From the NCBI GenBank assembly GCA_965276005.1, contig OZ254962.1, forward strand, positions 2,890,699-2,954,698: a stretch of DNA of 64,000 bases. Reading direction: 5' to 3'. The number at the start of each line of letters is the position of its first letter. Position 1 is the first letter of the stretch. The translations under genes and the position numbers were made by a program. The notes beneath the pieces are model-generated. The model was not told the DNA's origin and did no database searches. It saw only the letters and a program-made list of their open reading frames with translations. This DNA is from Alphaproteobacteria bacterium. GTDB lineage: Bacteria; Pseudomonadota; Alphaproteobacteria; JAQWUY01. Below, in pieces: positions 9,917 through 19,946 of this stretch.

Positions 9917-10047
9917 AAGGATCGTAAACACCTATTTATACCCTCCGAAATAGAAATTTATAAAAATGTTTTCATTTCGTCATTTTTTTGTTACCATATA
10001 GGCGGTTAGCACAAAACAACAGGTAATATAAAATAGAGAGGAATAAG

Positions 10048-11187
10048 ATGTTTTTTAATACGCAGTATCCCATGTTGTCTGACTTAAAGAAAAAGTCGCA
10101 ACGGCGTATTCCCGGCTTTGCTTATGAATATATGATTGGCGGGTGTTTGGACGAGGTGGGGCTGGCGGATAATGCCGCCGATTTAAAACGGGTGAAATTG
10201 AAACAGCGGTTTTTACGAGAAACGGTAACGCCGGATATATCGGCTGAGTTGTGCGGTATTAAGTACGATGCCCCGATTGGCATTGCCCCCATTGGCTTAC
10301 AGGGTTTAATTTGGCCAAACGCTCCGATTATATTGTCGCAAGCGGCGGCAAAGTACAATGTGCCTTATGTATTGTCCACCGTATCGACCGCATCCATCGA
10401 ACAGGTGGCAAAGGCATCAGACGGGCAAGCGTTATTTCAGCTGTACAACCCGGCGGAGGCGGATATGAGGCGGGATATTTTAAAACGGGCGAAACACGCC
10501 GGCTATCGGGCGTTGTTTGTAACCGTTGATGTGGCGTCTTTTGGCTATCGCCCCCGGGATATTCGTAACGGGTTGGGCATGCCGCCGAAGATGAGTCTCA
10601 AAAACATCATCAGTATGATGACCTGTCCCACATGGGGCGTAAAAATGCTACTAGCGGGGGGCGTGCCCACATTTGCCACTTTAAAACCTTATATGGACGG
10701 GGGCAGTATGGGACAATTGTCGGCTTTTATGAACGCAAAAATGACCGGCGTTGTCAATATGGAGGATTTAAAACAGATCCGTGACCAATGGCAAGCACCG
10801 ATTATCCTAAAAGGCGTTATGGACGCCGCTGATGTGGAAAAAGGTATCGAAATAGGTGTCGACGGCATATTGGTATCGAATCACGGGGCAAGACAGCTGG
10901 ACGGCGGCGAATCGTCCATATCCGTACTGCCAGACTTGGTAAAAACATACGGCAACAGGGTAGCGTTCAGCTTCGACAGCGGTATCGAGTCCGGATCCGA
11001 TATTGCCTGTGCCATTGCATCGGGGGCAAAATTCACCTTTGCCGGGCGGGCGTTTATGCACGGCTTGGGGGCATTAGGCACACAAGGGGGCGAACACACC
11101 ATCGAAATGTTGACCCGCCAACTGGAGCAAACTATGACCCAAATGGGGGCGAAAAAAATAGCCGACCTGCCCGATTATTTGGCATAA
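10048..11187 (+). CDS. lldD: FMN-dependent alpha-hydroxy acid dehydrogenase (L-lactate dehydrogenase-like)
   Basis: FQLY, ILKGVM, VSNHGARQLDG and DSGIESGSDI motifs. Confidence 0.88.
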   Translation: MFFNTQYPMLSDLKKKSQRRIPGFAYEYMIGGCLDEVGLADNAADLKRVKLKQRFLRETVTPDISAELCGIKYDAPIGIAPIGLQGLIWPNAPIILSQAAAKYNVPYVLSTVSTASIEQVAKASDGQALFQLYNPAEADMRRDILKRAKHAGYRALFVTVDVASFGYRPRDIRNGLGMPPKMSLKNIISMMTCPTWGVKMLLAGGVPTFATLKPYMDGGSMGQLSAFMNAKMTGVVNMEDLKQIRDQWQAPIILKGVMDAADVEKGIEIGVDGILVSNHGARQLDGGESSISVLPDLVKTYGNRVAFSFDSGIESGSDIACAIASGAKFTFAGRAFMHGLGALGTQGGEHTIEMLTRQLEQTMTQMGAKKIADLPDYLA

Positions 11188-11292
11188 TCTTTCGGTTTTC
11201 ACATGGTGCCACACAGGGGTATGTATGCGAATACCTATGTCGTGAATGGTTTAAAGGTGGACTCGTAAGCTTCCTGTGTGTGCCACATGGAT

Positions 11293-11322
11293 AAAAAAGG
11301 AGGCTATAAAAAGCCCCCTTTC
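11293..11322. terminator. Probable bidirectional intrinsic terminator between convergent genes
   Basis: aaaaaaggaggct-ataaa-aagccccccttt imperfect stem flanked by A and T runs. Confidence 0.55.
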
Positions 11323-11359
11323 GATTTTATATATATGGGTTAATATATGAGATGAAATA

Positions 11360-13975
11360 TTAGTTGCTTGATGTTACTAAGTATATCTTTTGATCAAAGG
11401 CATTGTATTTTTTGTCCCCTGATACTTGCATTCGCAATATGAGAGCTTTGCTGCCGTGTGAGCCTCCGTCTGCTGTCTTTTTGAGCCAGATTGCGTTTTT
11501 TGCTCGTAATCCTGTTTGTATCCGTGATATAACCTGAGATTCATTTCCTGTTATTCGGCTGGCACCTATGAAGGCTTGTATATTTTCAGTTGCAGTTTCG
11601 TCAATAACGGCGGGGGTTGTCCCGCTAATGCTTTCACCGGTTACACGGGTTACGGTCAATTTAGTTAGGTTAAAATCTAAGGAGCCGCCCATTATATGAA
11701 GAGCACTATTTGCATTTACCTCCATTCTTCTGCCCGAACCTGATGCGGGCAGCCGCAGCCCTAACGCCGCTGATGCGGAGGTATAGTTGCTCTTTACGGT
11801 TAGAGGGTAATCATGCTTGTTGATTGTAAAGTCCGCTAATGCCACGCTGCCGCTGTATTTGGTATCACTGTTTTTTGCGGTTAGGGTGATAATCACTTTA
11901 CCTCCGGACTCGGCACCTTTTATTTTGCCATCGTTATCTATTGTAATGGTACCGTCAGGCTCATCACCTGATTTTTTCGCCACTGTCCAGTCGAAAGTAT
12001 TGACGGCACCGCCCCCCGGTAAGTTGGCATAGGACATGTTAAACTTGGTGGCTGTACTTGATTTCCACTTGCCGTCTTCGCCACTTGCCAACGATATGGT
12101 CGGTTTTGTTACATCGCTGCTGAGAACTTGTTTTTGTACGGTGATATTTTCATAATCTACCAGCTGTGGCACTTCGCCTTTGGCTGCACGGACAATTTTT
12201 ACCAATAAAGTACCGCTTCGCAAAAGATTCGTCCCGGTGATAGCCCCGGTTTGCGAATGGATGGGGCTGGTGTTGAAAATGCCAGAAGTTGTTTGGGTTT
12301 TACCGCTGCCATCGTCCCCACCGGGTGCAACAATCGAGAATGTAAAGTCGCCACTTGCACCCGTTGTAAAGGTTTCACCGCCATCAGAGGTATTTAACTT
12401 ATAATCTACACTAAACGCTTTACCCCATTTGCCCGATAAGCCCGATCGGCTGGCACTGCTCATTTGACCTGTTGTATACAGTTCAAAGTCTTTGCTCACA
12501 TCTCCATATTCGGAGTGTGAAAACACAACGGTAATTGTAGTACCGCCACTAATTGCCGATTTTATGGTTAAACTCTTTCCGTCTGCAGCAATAGTCAATT
12601 TAGAACTATCACTAGCACTATCCTTGTGGGTTATGCTCTTAAGTGTCCATTCGGATTTTTGGCTTTGGTCGCCGCTGACCGATAATTTGGCAAGTATATC
12701 TTGGGTGCTGACGGCTTTATCCCCTGAAGTGTATGGTACAGAAAGATCCGCCATAGTCAAGTCACTTTCGTCAAAAAGACTATCGGTTTTAACAAATACT
12801 TCTTGTGCTTTATAGCCGCTGGCTGTGTAGGTGAGTTTTAACACCGCTACCTCCGCATCTGCCTTGTCTTCTAAAATATTGTTATAGGTAACCTCTCCAA
12901 TTGCCACATCGGCGGTGTCGTCTTTGTTTCTAAATTGGAAGTCTGCACCCTCTGTACCCGTATCAATGGCTGCTGTAACCGTTGGCGTAACCCCATCAGG
13001 CAGATTTACAAACGATATTATATCGTATTTGTTGTTGTTCGACAATTGAAAAGCGGTATCTTTTGTTGTTCCATCGCCGGATCGAATCGTTTTACCTCCT
13101 TTGGAACTTATCGACGAACGCCCAGCAATCGGTACAGGCTGCATTGTTTCGACTTCAGCGGTCTTGACTTCGTAGCTCCGCTCGACCTTGTCGTAGCGTT
13201 TGTCCCATGCGGTGCCGCTGCTGTTTTGTTGCCTAGTATTCGTCGTACCAAAGGCAAATTTAAAGCCAGCGTATACATTGGTTTGTGCCGATGATGATTT
13301 CGGTTTGTCATATTCGCCCCGAATCGTTATGATACTGTTCGGTTTAAATTCTAAAATCAGCTTATTCCCCTGTTCGACCTTGTCGGCAACCCCATCAAAT
13401 TTATAGGTGTTTAAACCGATATTCAGGGTATCTGTAAGGTTGCCTTTGGCGGTCATGTCGAAGCCTTTCATAACCTTTCGCCCTAAAATAACCGCACTGC
13501 CCATAGGACGATACATATTTGCCGATAGATCGAATGCCCCAGTTTTCAATTCCAGACCAAGCGATAAGCGTTTATAGGCTTTACTGCCGAATGTATAAAA
13601 CTTGCCGGCACCGTCTTTGCTGTCGATAAATATATTTACCCCTATAAGAGTTGTTCTGGCATCATTGATAGCGTTACGGGTGCCAAAGCCAATATTAAAA
13701 GTATTTTCCGCTCCCTTGCGGCGTAAGGAGGTTTGTAGGTACCGGACGGCACTCTTGTTTTCCCGCAACACCTTAAAGGCGGTTAAATCATAACTGAGTT
13801 TTTTGTTTGTATAGCCAAAGCCGCCCTCGAGCCATTGAAAGATACCTTTTTTGTTTACCGAATCGACCAATACATCGCCGCTGCGACTTACCACTGTATC
13901 CGTGTCGTTGGTTAATATAGGGGTTGCCCATGTAAGTACAACCGCACTTGTACCGATAAGAAATATTTTTTTCAT
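11360..13975 (-). CDS. Inverse autotransporter (intimin/invasin-type beta domain) surface protein
   Basis: Signal peptide; NTFNIGFGTR..LIGVNIFID..RLSLGLE..LSANMYRP..RYDKVER invasin beta-barrel pattern; Ser/Thr-rich beta passenger. Confidence 0.8.
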   Translation of the reverse strand: MKKIFLIGTSAVVLTWATPILTNDTDTVVSRSGDVLVDSVNKKGIFQWLEGGFGYTNKKLSYDLTAFKVLRENKSAVRYLQTSLRRKGAENTFNIGFGTRNAINDARTTLIGVNIFIDSKDGAGKFYTFGSKAYKRLSLGLELKTGAFDLSANMYRPMGSAVILGRKVMKGFDMTAKGNLTDTLNIGLNTYKFDGVADKVEQGNKLILEFKPNSIITIRGEYDKPKSSSAQTNVYAGFKFAFGTTNTRQQNSSGTAWDKRYDKVERSYEVKTAEVETMQPVPIAGRSSISSKGGKTIRSGDGTTKDTAFQLSNNNKYDIISFVNLPDGVTPTVTAAIDTGTEGADFQFRNKDDTADVAIGEVTYNNILEDKADAEVAVLKLTYTASGYKAQEVFVKTDSLFDESDLTMADLSVPYTSGDKAVSTQDILAKLSVSGDQSQKSEWTLKSITHKDSASDSSKLTIAADGKSLTIKSAISGGTTITVVFSHSEYGDVSKDFELYTTGQMSSASRSGLSGKWGKAFSVDYKLNTSDGGETFTTGASGDFTFSIVAPGGDDGSGKTQTTSGIFNTSPIHSQTGAITGTNLLRSGTLLVKIVRAAKGEVPQLVDYENITVQKQVLSSDVTKPTISLASGEDGKWKSSTATKFNMSYANLPGGGAVNTFDWTVAKKSGDEPDGTITIDNDGKIKGAESGGKVIITLTAKNSDTKYSGSVALADFTINKHDYPLTVKSNYTSASAALGLRLPASGSGRRMEVNANSALHIMGGSLDFNLTKLTVTRVTGESISGTTPAVIDETATENIQAFIGASRITGNESQVISRIQTGLRAKNAIWLKKTADGGSHGSKALILRMQVSGDKKYNAFDQKIYLVTSSN

Positions 13976-14031
13976 TGTGTTAAACCTTTTTTACTTTGTT
14001 AAAACCATGTGTTTAAAACACGCACCCTATG

Positions 14032-14061
14032 AGTATAAATTTTTTTTTTTTTCCATGTCAA
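14032..14061 (-). promoter_or_regulatory. Inverse autotransporter promoter with A13 tract in the -35/-10 spacer
   Basis: Minus strand TTGACA-tgg-A13-tt-TATACT (18-nt spacer). Confidence 0.75.
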
Positions 14062-14120
14062 GGGTTTTTTTTCGATATTTTGTATTTTTTATTTCAAGGC
14101 GTTATAACAGGTTTACAGCA

Positions 14121-14147
14121 CAAAAAAAACGCCCATATAGGGCGTTT
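14121..14147 (-). terminator. Intrinsic terminator after the ABC ATPase fragment
   Basis: Minus strand aaacgccc-tatat-gggcgttt followed by a T run. Confidence 0.7.
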
Positions 14148-14177
14148 ATAGTGTGATTTTCAAACGATGATATTATA

Positions 14178-14492
14178 TCATATACGACCCACTTCCCCGT
14201 ACATCCCTGAGGCTTCGATTAAGGCTTTGGTATAGGGGGTTTTGGGGGTGGTAAATATGTGTTGTGTGGTGCCTTGTTCGACAATGTTGCCGTTTTGCAT
14301 AACGATAATGCGATCGGACATGGATTTTACTACGGATAAATCGTGGCTGATAAACAAATATGTCAAGTTGTATTTACCTTGTAACGCTAACAACAGGTCG
14401 ACCACTTGCCCCTGTATGCTGCGATCCAGTGCCGAAGTCGGTTCGTCTAGTAGCAAAAATTTAGGGCGTAAGATGATCGCCCGGGCAATGGT
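14178..14492 (-). pseudogene. 3' fragment of a YejF/OppF-type ABC transporter ATPase, 5' part missing
   Basis: IARAIILRPKFLLLDEPTSALD...YLFISHDLSVV has Walker B and H-loop, but similarity stops just before IARA; no signature motif or Walker A upstream. Confidence 0.88.
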
Positions 14493-15842
14493 GCAACGCA
14501 GAGTATAAAACAACGGGCGTATTGGGCTGCTAAGCGGCGGTTTAATCCGAAATTGATGGGCAAGATGCCCGATCGGTGGTGGACAGAAGTCCGCAAAGTG
14601 GTTTTGGATGTGATGATGCGATCCAGCGACCGCACGGGGGCGTGCAGTATATCCCTGTGCGAAATCGCCAACAGGGCATTTACCACTAAGGGCAATGCTA
14701 GCAAAATTGTTAAAGCGTTAGAAGACAATAGCATGTTACAAGTGAAGCGGGAAAGAAAACTGGGCAAATACAAATCAGAGCAAAACGCATATCGTTTTGT
14801 CCCTGCTGTGTGGGCGTTGGTATCTACCCACCGTGCGGACAGGGTTTTTAGCCCGTCAGAAACCCACACACAGGTTGCCTGTCAGGAAACCGATAATAAT
14901 ATATATAATAATAATCCCCATAAAGGAATCAAAAAAACTTCCTACATTCCTACACCAGATTGTAAGGTTTCCTGTCAAAATCAGTTTGATACGGCAGATA
15001 TGGTTTCCTTGAAACGGGTAGGAAATGGTATAAAGCCCGCAAAAAACCGCCCTAACGGGCTTTGCGGGTGTAACGCTAGCAGAATGGCACCACCTGTAAA
15101 GCCACAGCGGGTGGATACACCGAGTAAGGGCTTTTCAAGAGAAAAACCCTTCTGGGAAAATGCCACCTATCATATCCGAGATAAAGTCGTGTTTGGCTTG
15201 GCACAGTTTGATGTACACATGGCTAATCGCTTTGCCGATACCCACACAGCGGGGGAAGTTTTAGACCTATTACAGCAGCTGCAACGGGCATATTTGCCGA
15301 CTGTTTCTATGGATAAATTGGAAACCCTATTTTGGAAAGTGAAAGACGGGCGGTATTTGGCTATGCGGGTGGTTATCCACTTTGTCAATACCATGTGTAA
15401 AGTGCATTTTGTTGCCAAAGGCAGTAAAGGAACAATTCGTACTACGCCCGAACAGTTCTTTTTGGGGACGCTAGACAAATGGTGTCCGCCAACTGTGGAG
15501 CAATTACTGGATAGCCTAGATCGCATGGCTACTGAAAATGATAATCGCTATACTATGACTGTATCAGATCGTTATACATTGTATCGTCAGCAAAAGCAAC
15601 AGGCGGACGCACAGGAAAAATTAAACAATGTGTATGATGTGGTACTTAACAGAGCCATTGATAGACACACATTCAAATACATTGTTGGGCGGTTGCGATC
15701 CGAATATGGGCATTTGGCATGGGATATTTGGCTGCGACATGTCAAAATCACCGATACAAGTATAACCGCCCCCCGATGGTGTGCTGGGTGGATAACAAAA
15801 CAGTATTTACCTCGTATTAACGAGCTATTAAAAATGTGTTAA
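14493..15842 (+). CDS. Plasmid replication initiator-like protein (N-terminal HTH, C-terminal DnaA_N-like domain), probably 5'-truncated
   Basis: C-terminus RLRSEYGHLAWDIWL..ITAPRWCAGWITKQYLPRINELL resembles DnaA domain I, as in DnaA-like Rep proteins of alphaproteobacterial plasmids. HTH-like SISLCEIANR..SKIVKALE. Frame open back to 14472 with no clear RBS. Confidence 0.6.
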   Translation, partial: ATQSIKQRAYWAAKRRFNPKLMGKMPDRWWTEVRKVVLDVMMRSSDRTGACSISLCEIANRAFTTKGNASKIVKALEDNSMLQVKRERKLGKYKSEQNAYRFVPAVWALVSTHRADRVFSPSETHTQVACQETDNNIYNNNPHKGIKKTSYIPTPDCKVSCQNQFDTADMVSLKRVGNGIKPAKNRPNGLCGCNASRMAPPVKPQRVDTPSKGFSREKPFWENATYHIRDKVVFGLAQFDVHMANRFADTHTAGEVLDLLQQLQRAYLPTVSMDKLETLFWKVKDGRYLAMRVVIHFVNTMCKVHFVAKGSKGTIRTTPEQFFLGTLDKWCPPTVEQLLDSLDRMATENDNRYTMTVSDRYTLYRQQKQQADAQEKLNNVYDVVLNRAIDRHTFKYIVGRLRSEYGHLAWDIWLRHVKITDTSITAPRWCAGWITKQYLPRINELLKMC

Positions 15843-15874
15843 GGTAAATCTTATATTTAGAAAGGAAATTTTTC

Positions 15875-16357
15875 ATGACAAAACAATACACACAAAAGAC
15901 AAAAAGTATTATTTCATCTGATCGTTCGGGTGATCCAGACCCCGTCGATATTCAAGTGGGCTTTTTATTACGGGAGAGACGCATTTTATTGGGACTAAGC
16001 CAAATGCAGCTTGCTGATATGTTGGGGATTTCATTTCAACAGTTACAGAAGTATGAAACTGGCATAAACCGTATTTCTTGTTCACGGTTGCTAGATATTG
16101 TTACTGTATTGGATACGAACATAGAGTATTTTTTTGATAATATTCCCCAACAGGCATTAACCGCATCCCCCCGATTACGCCAACAGGTGGTTAAATTGTT
16201 GGGTAAATCCATGCAGGATAAAGCCTTAGACAGGGAGCTACTTGAATTGATAAAATCATATCGGCAAATTCCCGATAAAGAAAAACGCACAATCATTATC
16301 AGCATGTGCCATGCTATGGCACAACTGTTTCAAAATCAACAAGCAAACAACGCATAA
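15875..16357 (+). CDS. XRE-family HTH transcriptional regulator
   Basis: PDPVDIQVG..RERRILLGLSQMQLADMLGISFQQLQKYETGINRIS. Confidence 0.92.
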   Translation: MTKQYTQKTKSIISSDRSGDPDPVDIQVGFLLRERRILLGLSQMQLADMLGISFQQLQKYETGINRISCSRLLDIVTVLDTNIEYFFDNIPQQALTASPRLRQQVVKLLGKSMQDKALDRELLELIKSYRQIPDKEKRTIIISMCHAMAQLFQNQQANNA

Positions 16358-16856
16358 AATGATGTTTAAGTATTGTGTGCATGTGTAACTCAATTGAGAT
16401 AAATTGCAGTTTATCAACAGAGCATACACTTTATATAACGGGTATTATGTAGGGGTGCTATCTTGCATATCAGTACTAACAGTTTTGTCGGATGTGCCTT
16501 TGCTAGGCACACTGTGGGGGGCGGCATCATATGCTGATGGTTCCATCGATATACAGTCTGTAATATACGAACGGGAACATATCCGTAAGGTTGCGTAAAG
16601 GTATTTGTTCTATAAATGTTTTTTTTTTTTTCGCTATGTAGTAAAAATTATTTGAATATGTATTTTTTCGCTTGACAGTTGTAAAAGGTTTGTGTTAGTA
16701 TACCATTTAAGGTATAAATTATATAATGGATAAGTAATAAAAGTTGTTGGTTTTAGGGTATTGTAACGGTACTTTTATTTTAAGAGGCTTATTTTGAAAA
16801 GGGAACGAATATTTTTGATGTGGATATGGGGTTTTATACACTTGTTGTATAGGTGA

Positions 16857-17110
16857 TTCGTTGCTTGTGTTTTTGTTGCGGGGGTATGTTTGAATATATC
16901 CGTAGCGGTGGCACAGGTGGATGATCATGTGGTTATACAGTCGTTGCTTGCCAATGGGTTTGAGGTGGAAAATTTGCGGGTTAATATAGAACCGAATGCG
17001 TTTTCGCCTGATGGGAATAGGATCGTTTTTGCCTATCAAAAGTATAATGATAAAATAAAAGACGGAGGCATATTTAAACCATTCTATAGGATAAAAGTAG
17101 GAAAAAATTA
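16857..17110 (+). pseudogene. Remnant of a secreted protein with a TolB/PD40-like motif, cut by the IS
   Basis: FVACVFVAGVCLNISVAVA-QVDD signal-like segment and PNAFSPDGNRIVF; ends at the IS terminal repeat. Confidence 0.35.
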
Positions 17111-17835
17111 GGGGCTGGCATAGATAACTAACTTAAATATTTTCTAGCCCACTGTTTTAATTGTCTTTTTTGCGACTTAAAATCACTGTGATTAAATCGC
17201 CACTCACATTCCTTCAAATGTAGCATAAAATTATGCTTAGGAATACCATTATATTTTCGCATATGTCTCTTGGCTTGGTTCCAAAAATTCTCAATACCAT
17301 TGATATGATTTTTCTTATGTGCAAACTCTTTACTATGGTTAATTCGCATATGTTTAAACTCTGAAATATCTAGGGCATTATACCCTTTCCAACAATCACT
17401 ATACACTATGCTATCAGGTATCACTTTGTCCCTAATTATTGGTATTAAAGTCGTGCTACTAGCATCAGGTATTGTCTTTGTATAAACCTTACCACCCCTT
17501 TTAAGCAAGCCAAACACTGGGGTTTTGGCTTTTGCACCCCGTCCCCGCTTACCTTTTTGGGTACCACCAAAGTAACTTTCGTCTACTTCTATTTCACCAC
17601 CAAATAACTCTTCGCTTTGCTGTTCTAGTTCATAAGCAATAATCTCCGTAAATGACGAAAATATAGAGTAACCGTATTGCGATTCATGTCCAATAACTCA
17701 CTAGCACATCGAGCAGTCGTTCCTGCAATAAAATGCTCAATTAACTGCTTTTGTTTGTACCAAATAATTTTGCTTTTTCTAAACCTCATAGATAACATTA
17801 TAACTCATTTCTGGTTAATTATCTATGCCAGCCCC
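17111..17835 (-). mobile_element. IS1595 family (IS1016 group) element with frameshifted transposase
   Basis: TIRs GGGGCTGGCATAGATAA at both ends; EVDESYFGG, IVYSDCWKGY and HINGIENFW motifs; 1-bp deletion near 17647 relative to the copy at 57728; no matching TSD. Confidence 0.92.
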
Positions 17836-18242
17836 TAAGAAATATACAAACCACTTCTTATAGCAAAATTAAAATATTCCGGAATAATGGATTTATAAAA
17901 ATCAAATATATAATACGCAGGACTAACTATTCCTATATAATTTGATATACCATAAGACCCTTGCCATGCTTTCATTTTATTCATGCCGAATTGACCCTTT
18001 TGAACCACTTTGTATCCTGATAAATCGTCCGGTATAAAATTATGGTTTTCGTCTTTATTATCCATGTCTCGTACAATCACACCCTGTTCACGAGTGATTG
18101 ACAATAATTGTAAATCGGGATGATTCTTAATTGAAACGGATTTTAATAAAGCACCTAATTTTTCCACTTCCCACCCCACAGGAATATCACCAATCCAGTC
18201 GATGCCACTGGGTTTATATGTATCGTATGTGGGGTAGGTCAT
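17836..18242 (-). pseudogene. hsdS: Type I R-M specificity subunit, N-terminal fragment truncated by the IS
   Basis: YDTYKPSGIDWIGDIPVGWEV..YKVVQKGQFGMNKM..GIVSPAYY; ends exactly at the IS TIR. Confidence 0.88.
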
Positions 18243-18438
18243 ATCTCTCTCTGCCTTATGTTATAAACCGTTTCGAATATAGGGGCAACCCATGCAGTAT
18301 ACTATAAAATGCCGCTTGTGTGTACTATTATAATGTGAAAAAACACCTTACCCCTAGACTTGTACAGTACACATACTCCATAAGCCTTACGAGACATTCT
18401 ACCACCTGACGGTATATGTAGGGCGTTTTTTTACTGTG

Positions 18439-19374
18439 TTATAATCTCCAATAAGGCTCTGTACACCAATTGTCGGGAAAGCCCATGTTTATTAAGGACA
18501 CAGCGGGCATTTTTGGTATCATCCCTATGTGCCGTTGTAATCTTTGGTTCCAATCGCTTGCGGGAATAATATGCTGCAATATGTACCATATAATCATACA
18601 ATAATAATATAGCCTATTATTCGGATGTATATTTATATCATTTCGTTGTGCGTTTACGCTGTTTTGAAACAATATATGCAGGTCACCAAATCCCTTGTTA
18701 CTGGCTTCTATGTTATTTAGGGTTTTATTCCATAATCGCCCATGATGGGCACAAATATTTCGTAAAGTCGTCAAGTTTTTAATCCAGCCAACCAAAAAGT
18801 CTGGTGTCTTGAAATGGGTTAATCTTACAATTTTTATTTGATTTTCCCTTTCAATAGAATTGACAAAGTCTCTAATCGTACCCATTGTCCATGTTTCAAC
18901 CTCCACCCATACAGGGGGCAGCTTATAGGTACTATCAAAATGCTGTTTAAACTGTTCTTGTGATCGTTGCCAATTTTTTATACGGCTAGATTGAAATTTT
19001 TCGTAACTGTCCCTTTTAAAATTAAAAATATCTTGAGTATTAAAGGCAAAAGTATTGCATCCCCCCATAGAACGAATAATAGCGGTTCTTAAAGATACTT
19101 CGATGCTTTCCAATGCCCCCATAATTAACAATCGTAGTTTTGCATCAAACTTATACAAGGCAATAATATTTTCAAAAGTTATACCATATACAAATTTATT
19201 ACCCTGTTGCCTATCCTGAAAATGGTAAAAATATCCCGATAATCTATAATACGATATGTGTTTCAATATATGTTCGGCTTGTTGTTCATCCGCAAATATC
19301 AAGCCCTTATGTTTTAAGTGCTGTATTTGCTGTGGAATAGTATAGTAATCTTTATTATAAATTTGTTTCATCAT
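18439..19374 (-). CDS. AbiF/AbiD (Abi_2) family HEPN abortive-infection protein
   Basis: TIPQQIQHLKHKGL, LKHISYYRLSGY, LYKFDAKLR, IEVSLRT, PPVWV and HEPN RNICAHH motifs. Confidence 0.93.
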   Translation of the reverse strand: MMKQIYNKDYYTIPQQIQHLKHKGLIFADEQQAEHILKHISYYRLSGYFYHFQDRQQGNKFVYGITFENIIALYKFDAKLRLLIMGALESIEVSLRTAIIRSMGGCNTFAFNTQDIFNFKRDSYEKFQSSRIKNWQRSQEQFKQHFDSTYKLPPVWVEVETWTMGTIRDFVNSIERENQIKIVRLTHFKTPDFLVGWIKNLTTLRNICAHHGRLWNKTLNNIEASNKGFGDLHILFQNSVNAQRNDINIHPNNRLYYYCMIIWYILQHIIPASDWNQRLQRHIGMIPKMPAVSLINMGFPDNWCTEPYWRL

Positions 19375-19379
19375 TTCCC

Positions 19380-19447
19380 CACGAAAAAGAAAACCCGCAC
19401 AAGAATAACGCAACTAGGCGACAGAGCTGAACGGGTATATACCCCCC
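19380..19447 (-). ncRNA. Candidate abiF-type upstream RNA
   Basis: Stem ACCCGU...GCGGGU (19436-19393) followed by a U-rich tract directly upstream of the Abi gene; TTGACA at 19476-19471. Confidence 0.5.
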
Positions 19448-19674
19448 TTGTAACATATCATAATATGGGGTGTCAATGCTTTTTTCATATTTTTTTACAT
19501 TTTTTAAAAAAAGTTGAAAAAGTGTAGTACAACTGCGGTTTACAAGCGTATATTTTTTATGTAATTTTTGCTATTGCATAATATATCGAGAAAAAACACC
19601 GTTTTTATATGGACACTAACCCGGTGCAATACCAGCAAAACCCATATATATATTCCGCTACCAAAGCCACCCCC

Positions 19675-19752
19675 TTATACATCATCCGGTGGGGTATTTG
19701 GTGCTAGTATTTGTGCCGTCAACCCATCGCTTTGTTTTTCTAATTCCAATAG
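19675..19752 (-). pseudogene. Possible C-terminal remnant of type I R-M methyltransferase HsdM
   Basis: LLELEKQSDGLTAQIL...* resembles HsdM C-termini and lies upstream of abi-hsdS on the same strand. Confidence 0.4.
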
Positions 19753-19946
19753 AAATGAAAGATACCAATTTACACACAAAGAGGACGATTCAGGCATAAA
19801 AGAATATAAGCGTATCCTAAATACCAAACCCCCGCATACACTAAAAATTAAAGCATCGTCAAAAAACGCACCCAAACCGATTATTATAGAAAAATTGAAT
19901 TGATAAGGGCTTAAAATAAAAAAAGACAATCCCCCTATTTTTTTAA

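Noticed and set aside
14482-14506. Short matches (cgggca, gcagagt) between the yejF junction and the palindrome/hlyD site at 20026-20075
   Set aside because: 6-7 bp matches in a different order are compatible with chance, so they are not enough to call attL/attR.
16619-16631. T13 tract as a contingency locus
   Set aside because: It lies upstream of the nearest -35 rather than in a spacer or intact ORF, and the downstream gene is a remnant.
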